Virus record (IMG/VR): IMGVR_UViG_3300045988_020190
Location: 1-19,048 of that record
DNA length: 19,048 nt
Direction: 5' to 3' (one strand)
Source of the DNA: a virus
Part shown: piece by piece, positions 6,037 through 13,608 of the stretch
Numbering within the stretch: position 1 is the first letter of the stretch
Layout: each line of letters begins with the position of its first letter
Made by a program: the position numbers and the translations under genes
The notes under the pieces: generated by a model
Databases searched by the model: none
Seen by the model: the letters and a program-made list of their open reading frames with translations, nothing else
What the model was told of the DNA's origin: nothing

Positions 6037-6205
6037 TGTCTTCTGAGCGTCGATTTTCGACTGGGAGCAACATGGGTCGAACTGCCACGGCTGAGAATGC
6101 CGCCGACCCATGAATATCACTATCGTGGCGGTAGTGCCCTACGATTTTCAACTCGCGCTCACATAAGACGTTTCGACCCCGCGTGATTGCGGGGTCATTT
6201 ATTTT
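6037..6205 (+). ncRNA. Candidate structured non-coding RNA of about 170 nt (pRNA-like by position)
   Basis: No credible ORF is present. The interval is bounded by an extended -10 (6022-6030) and an intrinsic terminator (6175-6205). There are several by-eye helices, including a 5'/3' closing helix (6038-6049 with 6156-6169) and three internal hairpins. Confidence 0.4.
6175..6205 (+). terminator. Rho-independent terminator ending the early/replication transcription unit
   Basis: GACCCCGC-GTGATT-GCGGGGTC followed by ATTTATTTT. Confidence 0.8.
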
Positions 6206-6216
6206 CTCCCGTCGCA

Positions 6217-6225
6217 TGATATAAT
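6217..6225 (+). promoter_or_regulatory. Candidate late promoter (extended -10 TGaTATAAT)
   Basis: CATGATATAAT lies just after the terminator and about 35 nt upstream of the scaffold gene's ATG. Confidence 0.5.
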
Positions 6226-6259
6226 TTGATGGAAACATTACCAATCGTAAGGAGCTTGC

Positions 6260-6544
6260 ATGGCAGACCCGAACAATGGCGGCGAAGAAAACACCACCCC
6301 ACCGCCGACCGAAGAAGAGAAGCAGACTGAAACCGTAGACGATGAAGTCAAGCCGAAAGAGGAACCAGAACCGGAACCGAAGCAGGAGCCGGACGTTTCC
6401 GCACGACTTGACAGCATTGAAAAAGAATTGGCCGCGTTGAAGGCCATGATGGACACGCTCGGCTACAATGACCCCGACCCCGACCCCGACGATGACGGTG
6501 ACGGTGATAACGACGGCGAGTCCATCGAAGATTTGTTCGACTAA
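6260..6544 (+). CDS. Putative scaffolding protein (94 aa, highly acidic)
   Basis: TAAGGAG RBS. The gene is directly upstream of the MCP gene, as phi29 gp7 is. It has a central helical segment (ARLDSIEKELAALKAMMDTL) flanked by acidic/Pro low-complexity tails. Confidence 0.5.
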   Translation: MADPNNGGEENTTPPPTEEEKQTETVDDEVKPKEEPEPEPKQEPDVSARLDSIEKELAALKAMMDTLGYNDPDPDPDDDGDGDNDGESIEDLFD

Positions 6545-6562
6545 ACAAGAAAGGTATAGATA

Positions 6563-8287
6563 ATGTCCAATATTCGACCATTGGCAGGTAAGGGTGACGT
6601 TGAGATCTTCAACGCCGTCCGAAACGCCACCAGCCCCCAGTTCCAAACCCGTATCCCCTCTGCAACGCAGGGCAATATTCGCAATGCCGTGGACACCATG
6701 CGCAATTTTCCATATCTGCGCGACGAGTTCACGGGGGTGCTGATCCAGCGCTTGATCGGTCTGTATATCCAGCACGCTGATTGGGATGATCCGCTTAAGC
6801 TGATCGGCTCCCCGCGCACGCTCAAGCGTTACGGGTCCACGTACGAGCAGGCCGCAGTAGGCCTAGTCAAGGCACGCACCCGCAACTTCAATCAGGAATA
6901 TCTTGGGGACGACGTCTATGGCCGTTACTCGCTCCCGACTGCTTCGGTGTTCCACCCGCTCACTTTCGATCATTATTACCCCGTCACTATCCCAGAAGAT
7001 GCTTTGCTGACAGCGTTCGACGGTGAGTCGGGAATGTCGGATTACATTTCTGAGATCATGAACGCCCCCATCCTTTCGGATAGGAACGACATGTACTTGA
7101 TGAAGGTGCAGACCTTTGCCGAGTACGCACGCAAGGGCGGTTTTTATCGAGTCCACACCCCTGACGTGGGTGCTGCGAACTCCACCGAAGCGGACGCCAA
7201 GGGATTGTTGCGTCTCATCCAGCAGACCGCTAACGAGTTGAAGGCCAGCCCAATGTCGGCCATGCCACGTTATAACGCCATGAGCTGGGTTACTCCATGG
7301 CGCGATTCGGAAGCGATTCTGTTTGCGACCCCGCAGGTGATCGCCGCACTCAACGTGGAAGCTCTCGCCGCCGCCTTTAACATTGACAAGGTTAACGTGC
7401 CGTATCGTATTATTCCAATTCCGGAAGATATGTTTGGTATTGGCGGTGCGGCTGGTAAGGTTCAGGCCGTGCTCACCACTGAAGACTTTTTCTTCTGTTG
7501 GGATGAAATGTTGGAGACTACCAATTCCCCCGTGAACCCGATTGACGGCACCCGCAACATCTTTTACAAACACCGTGGCAGCATTACCCCTAATCCGTTT
7601 GCGAACGCTGTGCTGTTTTGGACGGGTAAAGGTTCTAGCGAGTCCGTGACCTTGCCGGATACGCTCACCACTTCCACGCCGGTGTTTGAATTGCGCGTAA
7701 AGAAGTACGGTCAGAACGCTGTCACTCCTCAAAATGTGTCCCGTGGCGATTTGGTACAGGTGGTGTCCACCATTTCCAGTGCCAACAAGGATACGGCGAC
7801 ATTCCAGCCTGTCGGCATCGAATACAAGGTCGAGGGCGCAACCTCACAGTTCACTTCGATCGACAACGGCGGTATCCTCCGTTGCGGTCTCGACGAAACC
7901 GCCGAAGCGCTGAAGGTCACGGCTCAGGCCACCTATATCAACCCCGCTCATCCAGAGATTGACCAGACGGTTTCCGCCGCACTGTCCGTACCGGTGGTCG
8001 GTGAATGGCTCGGCGGCTGGAAGACGGGAGCCATCGAATCCATTGAGATTCAGGGCGAAAAGTCGATTAAGATTAATGGTCATACGGCGCTCAAGGCGAT
8101 TGTTACCAAGACGGACGGCAATACCGCTGATGTAACCAACCTCAGTCTTTGGAAGATCACCAGCGGCGGCGGCGTCTTGACTCCCAATGGTGTCTATACG
8201 GCTCAAGGCGTAAGTACTGGTACGGCTAAGATATCTGCTACTTTTGGCGGAGTAACCGCCAATGCGGACATCACAGTAACCGCTTGA
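6563..8287 (+). CDS. Major capsid protein (phi29 gp8-like) with C-terminal Ig-like (BIG2) domains, 574 aa
   Basis: GAAAGG RBS. Matches to remembered gp8 include [21 protein letters not shown] vs [36 protein letters not shown] vs ELDVDVLAKAFNMNR and [10 protein letters not shown] vs FANAVAFVSG. The C-terminus has a typical BIG2 pattern (IESIEIQG...[11 protein letters not shown]...[20 protein letters not shown]). Confidence 0.9.
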   Translation: [574 protein letters not shown]

Positions 8288-8305
8288 CCTTCACTAAGTG
8301 CGATA

Positions 8306-8341
8306 GAATGGGATGCATGGTATTGCATCCCATTCTTTTTT
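8306..8341 (+). terminator. Strong rho-independent terminator after the MCP gene
   Basis: GAATGGGATGCA-TGGTAT-TGCATCCCATTC (12-bp perfect stem) followed by TTTTTT. Confidence 0.85.
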
Positions 8342-8354
8342 AGGAGGCTCAACA

Positions 8355-10595
8355 ATGACGGCGAACGATCTACCGATCAATTTTTCGTATGCGAAATGGA
8401 CACCAAACACCCGTTTCAAACTGTGCAATGTCCCGTGGGACATGGGGTATAGGGATATAGTCAAATGGGATAGGCAGACACAAAAAGAGTATTTCAACCG
8501 GTTGGATGGCATCGAATTTACCAACTGCACCATGGCAAAGTACGGTTTGCCGGTACGATTGCCGGTACCGTTCGCGCAAGCGTCGCAATATAATTATCTG
8601 ATCGCGACGAACGATTACGACTTCGATACCCCCCGTAGTTGGTATTATTTCATCCAGACCTGTGACTATATCAACGCCAATACGACGCAATTGAATATCC
8701 AATTGGACGTGTGGCAGAGCTTCCAACACGACATTCAATTAGGCAACGCCTACGTTGAAAGGGGACATGTGGGGGTAGCTAACGAAAATGCGTGGAAGGA
8801 CTGGGGCAAAACCTATCTCGACCTACCCGAAGGACTCGATACCGGTAAATGCACGGTACTTACTAACGAAACATGGAAGCCATTGATGGACGTGGGCACG
8901 CAAGACGGGGTGAAATACACGTCATACGGATTGATCATCGTAAGCACCACCGACTTGGAAGCAAGCCCCGGCACCAAGGATAACCCGGTAGTCAACACCG
9001 CCACGGGCAGTGCTTTTGAAAGTCAGCTCAACGGTACCAGCATGTATTATTTGGACACTCCCGCCGACATTGTCGCATTCTTTACCGAAGGCATGAATGC
9101 CCCATGGGTTACTCAGGGCATTTGCGGGATTTATGCGGTACCCCATCTGCCGCAAGCGTTATTGGACGGTCAGCCGAAAAAGACGGAACTTTTCGGCCAT
9201 TCGATCGGCTTCGTCGGCAATTGCTGGGAGCTACGCAAACGAAACGACAACTCCAGCGCACGCTACACGGATATTATCAATCTCAAAGATTTCCGGGACG
9301 CCTTCCAGCTGCCAGAACGCTACAAGTATTTAAAAAAGTTCCTTACAGCCCCCTACGCCTACATCGAATGCAGCTGCCTCAACGGGACCGTAATCACGTA
9401 CGAACCTGAACAAATTCCTTCCGCCGACTTGACTATTCGCGAATCGTGGAATTACGCGCCCCCCTCCCCCCGCCTGAACTTTTACGCGCGTGGTTATCAT
9501 GCGGGAAGTGTCGGTGAGCGTCAACCATTACCAAATGGTCTCGGCCTGCCTATCGACACGGGCGACATGCTTAACGCAAGTTTCGGTATCACGAATTTTC
9601 CCACCTTTATGGCGGTCAATAATGGCTCGGCTCTCGCCCTTGCGAACAGCGCCTACACGCGCCAATACGCGCAACAGTCTGCTGACTGGGGTTTCCAAAA
9701 AACTCAAATGGGCATTAACAATGCGTACGCCCAAGCCCAGCTCGGCACACAGTATGCAAGCGCGCAAAACCGGCTGGGCACGTCGAATCGGAATGCCATG
9801 AATGCGATCAGCAATCAATCCGCGCAAATGGGCACCGATCTGACCTTGAAGAATCTCGGATTCAACAATCAGATGGCTCAAATCAACACGGTCGGGTCGG
9901 GCGTGCTCAACGCAGTCGGTTCACTCGCAACCGGCAATGTCGGGGGTGCGGCGGGCGCCCTGGCCGGTGCCGCCATTGGCGCATGGACGAACCAGCAGAC
10001 CTACAATAACAATGTATCGACGGCCAACCAGCAATTAGCGAACACGCAAACCACCAACAATGCCTCGACCTCACAAGCCAACGCTTTTTCACTCGCGCAA
10101 ACGAATTTGTCCAACCAACAGACCATGCAGTTCGCGGATATGAACAAACAGCTTGCACAGGCGACGGCGCAAGGGGATTATGAGAACACCATTGCGGGCA
10201 TCAACGCGCAGGTGCAACAGACTCAAACCGTACCCCCGACCACGTCAGGCGCATTAGGCGGTGACGCTTTCAATCTTGCCAACGGTCTGATTGGTGTCAT
10301 GGTGCGTTTTAGGCAGATTTCACCCGCCGCCATGCAAGCCATCGGGGAAGTGTGGTTACGATACGGGTATTATGTTCAGCGTTTCATGCGACTTCCAGCA
10401 AATCTTATGGCAATGAGCAATTTTACCTACTGGAAACTCCATGAATTGTACGTAAGATCTTCCACGTGTCCCGAAGAATACCGGCTGACGGTCAAAGGTA
10501 TTTTTGAAAGCGGCGTGACCGTATGGACTGACCCCGACAAAATCGGCGTTACCGATTATGCGGACAATACGCCACTATCCGGTATTGCATACTGA
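8355..10595 (+). CDS. Tail knob / distal tail tube protein (phi29 gp9-like), 746 aa
   Basis: AGGAGG RBS before ATG 8355; the track start at 8313 lies inside the terminator stem. The N-terminus is colinear with remembered gp9: VPWDMGYRDIVKW vs VPFSNDYKNTRWF, and WYYFIQTCDYINANTTQLNIQLDVWQSF...AYVERGHV vs [29 protein letters not shown]...FIVREHV. Confidence 0.75.
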   Translation: MTANDLPINFSYAKWTPNTRFKLCNVPWDMGYRDIVKWDRQTQKEYFNRLDGIEFTNCTMAKYGLPVRLPVPFAQASQYNYLIATNDYDFDTPRSWYYFIQTCDYINANTTQLNIQLDVWQSFQHDIQLGNAYVERGHVGVANENAWKDWGKTYLDLPEGLDTGKCTVLTNETWKPLMDVGTQDGVKYTSYGLIIVSTTDLEASPGTKDNPVVNTATGSAFESQLNGTSMYYLDTPADIVAFFTEGMNAPWVTQGICGIYAVPHLPQALLDGQPKKTELFGHSIGFVGNCWELRKRNDNSSARYTDIINLKDFRDAFQLPERYKYLKKFLTAPYAYIECSCLNGTVITYEPEQIPSADLTIRESWNYAPPSPRLNFYARGYHAGSVGERQPLPNGLGLPIDTGDMLNASFGITNFPTFMAVNNGSALALANSAYTRQYAQQSADWGFQKTQMGINNAYAQAQLGTQYASAQNRLGTSNRNAMNAISNQSAQMGTDLTLKNLGFNNQMAQINTVGSGVLNAVGSLATGNVGGAAGALAGAAIGAWTNQQTYNNNVSTANQQLANTQTTNNASTSQANAFSLAQTNLSNQQTMQFADMNKQLAQATAQGDYENTIAGINAQVQQTQTVPPTTSGALGGDAFNLANGLIGVMVRFRQISPAAMQAIGEVWLRYGYYVQRFMRLPANLMAMSNFTYWKLHELYVRSSTCPEEYRLTVKGIFESGVTVWTDPDKIGVTDYADNTPLSGIAY

Positions 10596-10600
10596 CATAT

Positions 10601-10635
10601 ATAATGGGGAGAGCAATATAAGCTCTCTCCATTAT
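10601..10635 (+). terminator. 14-bp stem-loop between the tail knob and portal genes (possible attenuating terminator)
   Basis: ATAATGGGGAGAGC-AATATAA-GCTCTCTCCATTAT (one G-U pair), followed by the A/T-rich TATATAAGG. Confidence 0.5.
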
Positions 10636-10653
10636 TATATAAGGACGGTGATT

Positions 10654-11598
10654 ATGGGTAGACGTAATAACGCGCGCAAGGCCGCACACTGGGACAATCA
10701 AAGCGTACTCGGAAGCATGTGGGGCAATCTTAATCTGCCCGAAATGCGCCAAAGCTTACGCATCAACCAGTATATGAAATTGATCGAAATGTTGGCCGTA
10801 AGCCGATTCAGGTGGATTAACCTACCCTCATACATTGACGAACGTTACCTCGAATTGACGCTTTTTGAGAACGGACTAGCCCTCTTTTTCCCCGACAAAC
10901 GTAAGGGGGTCAACCGTTTTATGGTCACGTCCGGCAATATTGGCGGTGTGAATAATTATAACAACCCCACCAGCTTTCAGCCCGTCGCCACGAATTACTC
11001 GCACCCGCAGATCGGAAGCAAGGAATGCGTACCGATTTGGGATAATCAGCTCAGGTGTACCATGATCGACGTCATGTGGAACTATGCGACGCGATTGGCT
11101 ATCGCAGATCGCGCCTTGGACGTGAATTTGGATAATATTTCGGTGCCGCTGATTATTGCCACGTCCGAGACCAATAAGCTCACCGCCCAAAATTTGGTGA
11201 AGGCGCGCGAAGACGGCGACCCGTACATTTATACGTACGACTCGGCGGACATTACCGGCATGTTCCAGACGTTCCCCAACGTCACCCCTTTTCTTGCGGA
11301 TAAAATCATCACCACGAAAACGCAGATTTGGAACGAATTAGTAAATTATTTGGGGATTGACAATTCAACTACCGAAAAAAAGGAAAGGTTGCTTGAGTCG
11401 GAAGTAACAGCAGGAAACTCCCGTACAAACGTGTTCCGCCTGAGCTATCTCAAGGCGCGTCAACAAGCGTGCGATACGATTAACCGGCTGTGGCCGCAAA
11501 TGGCCGACTCGGGATACCCCGTCGGCATCGAGTGGAACGACACCACGTCCGGTGGTTTGCTGGATGTGGACGGAAACAAAGAAGAGGATGGACAATGA
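10654..11598 (+). CDS. Portal / head-tail connector protein (phi29 gp10-like), 314 aa
   Basis: AAGGACGGTG RBS before ATG 10654. [20 protein letters not shown] matches [47 protein letters not shown]...[13 protein letters not shown] matches [27 protein letters not shown]...SREEACEKINELY. Confidence 0.9.
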   Translation: [314 protein letters not shown]

Positions 11599-12407
11599 CT
11601 CAAGACTTGAGCATGTATGCGATCAAGGACAGTATGGCCGATTACACCTTGACGCTTGGTAATCTGATTGACCGTGGTTTTAATACGGACGAAAAACTAC
11701 ATTTAAGTTCGCAATATTATCCGATTTTCGACGAAAACTATCGTGCGAAATTGAATGAGAAAATCGTAGCGCACTACGCACTACGTGAAATCGGCAGTGA
11801 AACGCCGCAAATGTTCGTATTTTATCTTGGGCGTACTATGCGGGAGCAAATGGACTATTTCAATCAGCTGTACGTGAGCGCTCAACGTAAGTTTGACCCT
11901 TTTATCACGTCCGATATCCGGCAGGAGATGGATTCGACCAGCACCAACGAGTCCAGCGGAAAATCGAGCGGCACGCAATCCAACGAGTCCACAGCAAACA
12001 GCACGTCCGACACTACCGCCGACAATTCCAGCATGACTTTCAATTCCGAGTTTCCGCAGACCCGTATCGACGATTTTAAGCAATTCGCTACCAGCGCTTC
12101 ACAAACCGATTCGCTCGGCAACACGCATACAAGCACGCAACAGGATAGTTCGGCCACCGCAACCAGCACGAGCAACACCGATTACGCGCACTCTTCAGAC
12201 AAAGGAAACAGCGTGTCACACACGCTCGGAACCAGTGGCTCACAATCGCAGCTGTTGCTTGACTGGCGTAATACCATGCTTAATATTGACATGATGGTAA
12301 TCAATTCGTTGGAAGATCTCTTTTTGGGTATGTGGGGCAGTGGTGACAACATGACCAACGTACCCCAAATGTATTCCACGAGTCTTGCTTATAATCTCGG
12401 TCATTAG
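11595..12407 (+). CDS. Lower collar protein (phi29 gp11-like), 270 aa
   Basis: ATGA start/stop overlap with the portal gene. The position fits gp11. The protein has an N-terminal YYPIFDENYRAKLNEKIVAHYALREIGSETPQMF pattern and a long Ser/Thr/Asn-rich central region, which I recall as typical of Picovirinae lower collar proteins (family recalled, not searched). Confidence 0.65.
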   Translation: MTQDLSMYAIKDSMADYTLTLGNLIDRGFNTDEKLHLSSQYYPIFDENYRAKLNEKIVAHYALREIGSETPQMFVFYLGRTMREQMDYFNQLYVSAQRKFDPFITSDIRQEMDSTSTNESSGKSSGTQSNESTANSTSDTTADNSSMTFNSEFPQTRIDDFKQFATSASQTDSLGNTHTSTQQDSSATATSTSNTDYAHSSDKGNSVSHTLGTSGSQSQLLLDWRNTMLNIDMMVINSLEDLFLGMWGSGDNMTNVPQMYSTSLAYNLGH

Positions 12408-12439
12408 AGTATACTTAATACAGACAGATTGGAGGATTT

Positions 12440-13039
12440 ATGGACGGAATCAACACGTGCGCCGCCCCCTTGGATATCGACCCTCGACAGAGATATTTTA
12501 CGACGGTTCAGCCATTCAGTTACCGTGATACGCTCACTGTGCTTGGCTACGTGCAGGAGGTGGCCGATCATCTCGATCAGCTCAGGGAGCAGCTCGATAA
12601 TCTCGCAAAAGACGAAAACGCCGACATCGAAGCCATCAAACAGCTTGTAGCCGGATTCAGCGAACAGTTCGAGCGTATCAACAAAACCTTGGACGATCTC
12701 GAAAAACAGGTCGGACAATATGAAGACAGCGATCTTACCTATAACCCGACCAGAGGCAAGTACGAGGACTCGAAAAACACGAATAGAGACATGTACCGCG
12801 AGTTGGCAGTGTTTGGGGCGCGAGTTAACCAGATGGCGCAGCTTTCCGTGCCGATGGCGTCGGCTCACACTTGTTTGGAAATGGCCGTGCTCGGCAACAA
12901 AACCATTTTTCACAACGACGAGCCGCGTATCACCCCTCGTGACGTGCACGTGGACGATGGGGAGCCGGTTACGGCACTTACGGTCGAAAACCTTGCCAAC
13001 GGCGTGGTTCAAAATAATTTCATGAAAACCCATGAATAA
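12440..13039 (+). CDS. Putative tail/appendage structural protein with a central coiled coil (199 aa)
   Basis: GGAGG RBS. Located in the tail module. Has a heptad-like acidic helix (HLDQLREQLDNLAKDENADIEAIKQLVAGFSEQFERINKTLDDLEKQV). No specific family recognised. Confidence 0.45.
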   Translation: MDGINTCAAPLDIDPRQRYFTTVQPFSYRDTLTVLGYVQEVADHLDQLREQLDNLAKDENADIEAIKQLVAGFSEQFERINKTLDDLEKQVGQYEDSDLTYNPTRGKYEDSKNTNRDMYRELAVFGARVNQMAQLSVPMASAHTCLEMAVLGNKTIFHNDEPRITPRDVHVDDGEPVTALTVENLANGVVQNNFMKTHE

Positions 13040-13060
13040 TTAATAATAATAGGAGGAAAA

Positions 13061-13414
13061 ATGACTCAGAAAACCGCTCATTACAATCTTGAAAAGTATG
13101 ACGCAACGGACGCGCCGAACCTTCAAGCTCAATACAACCGGTCAATGGATATCGTCGATACGACGTTGAAAACCCAGTCGGATAAGATTGATGCAATCCC
13201 GACGCCGGAAGCATTGCCGGAAGGATTGAAAGCGTTCACAACCGCGCTTGGACTATCCAGCGCTAATGCCGGCGCGCTCGGTGCCGCGCTCAACCACTTC
13301 CTCAACCGCGTTCCCGCAACCGGCGGCGGCCAGTTCACTGTCAAAAACCTTACCGACGCGAAGGTTACAGCCGAAGGCTTGCCGTTCGTCTCCACTACGG
13401 CTTCGGGGGACTGA
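13061..13414 (+). CDS. Fibre/appendage protein 1 carrying the shared N-terminal anchor module (117 aa)
   Basis: AGGAGG RBS. The N-terminal HYNLEKYDATDAPNLQAQYNRSMDIVDTTL aligns without gaps with the N-termini of the next two genes. Confidence 0.6.
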   Translation: MTQKTAHYNLEKYDATDAPNLQAQYNRSMDIVDTTLKTQSDKIDAIPTPEALPEGLKAFTTALGLSSANAGALGAALNHFLNRVPATGGGQFTVKNLTDAKVTAEGLPFVSTTASGD

Positions 13415-13420
13415 CGTATT

Positions 13421-13603
13421 ATGGCAGATCAGCCGCAAGCAACCCCCGTTGACGTGGCCGCATATGATGTGACACGTCATTGGGGGTTGCCCCTCTACAA
13501 CGATGCAACGCCTATGGATATGCGCGACGGCTACAATCATGCCATGCGTATGCTCGATCAGATTCTCACCCAGCTACAAACTCAAATTCGAGAAAAGGAC
13601 TAA
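13421..13603 (+). CDS. Stand-alone copy of the fibre N-terminal anchor module (60 aa)
   Basis: GGGGGA sits 10 nt upstream of the ATG. HWGLPLYNDATPMDMRDGYNHAMRMLDQIL is paralogous to the neighbours' N-termini. The protein ends right after the module. Confidence 0.5.
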   Translation: MADQPQATPVDVAAYDVTRHWGLPLYNDATPMDMRDGYNHAMRMLDQILTQLQTQIREKD

Positions 13604-13608
13604 CGTAA

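Noticed and set aside
5923-6186. The + strand ORF of 87 aa spanning the DNAP 3' end and the intergenic region.
   Set aside because: It starts inside the DNAP gene in another frame and has no RBS. Its translation is Arg/Ser/Trp-rich, and it runs through the hairpins and terminator stem. The region is better explained as non-coding RNA or UTR.
6005-6775. Long minus-strand ORFs in the track: 6005-6775 (256 aa), 6863-7732 (289 aa), 3569-4261 (230 aa), 12404-13033 (209 aa), 14446-15069 (207 aa), 3014-3544 (176 aa) and 1161-1682 (173 aa).
   Set aside because: All lie antisense to + strand genes with strong motif support. They have no RBS and low-complexity or Arg/Gly/Cys-rich translations. They break the otherwise seamless + strand gene packing, so they are most likely shadow ORFs.
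8313-8354. N-terminal extensions of track ORFs at 414, 604, 2034, 3551, 8313, 10558, 11490, 16390, 17860 and 18947.
   Set aside because: In each case an internal ATG is preceded by a clear AGGAGG-like RBS. The extension would overlap the upstream gene or lie inside a terminator/hairpin. Conserved N-termini (gp9, gp10, gp16, CHAP) also support the shorter forms.
10600-10605. A TATAAT hexamer just upstream of the portal gene, considered as an independent promoter.
   Set aside because: There is no TG extension or -35, and it forms part of the 5' arm of the 10601-10635 hairpin. It is noted only as part of the recurrent cassette.
12386-12395. TGCTTATAAT near the 3' end of the lower collar gene, considered as a promoter for the appendage genes.
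   Set aside because: The TG is one base too far from the hexamer for the extended -10 spacing seen elsewhere, and the motif lies within coding sequence. The evidence is too weak to call.
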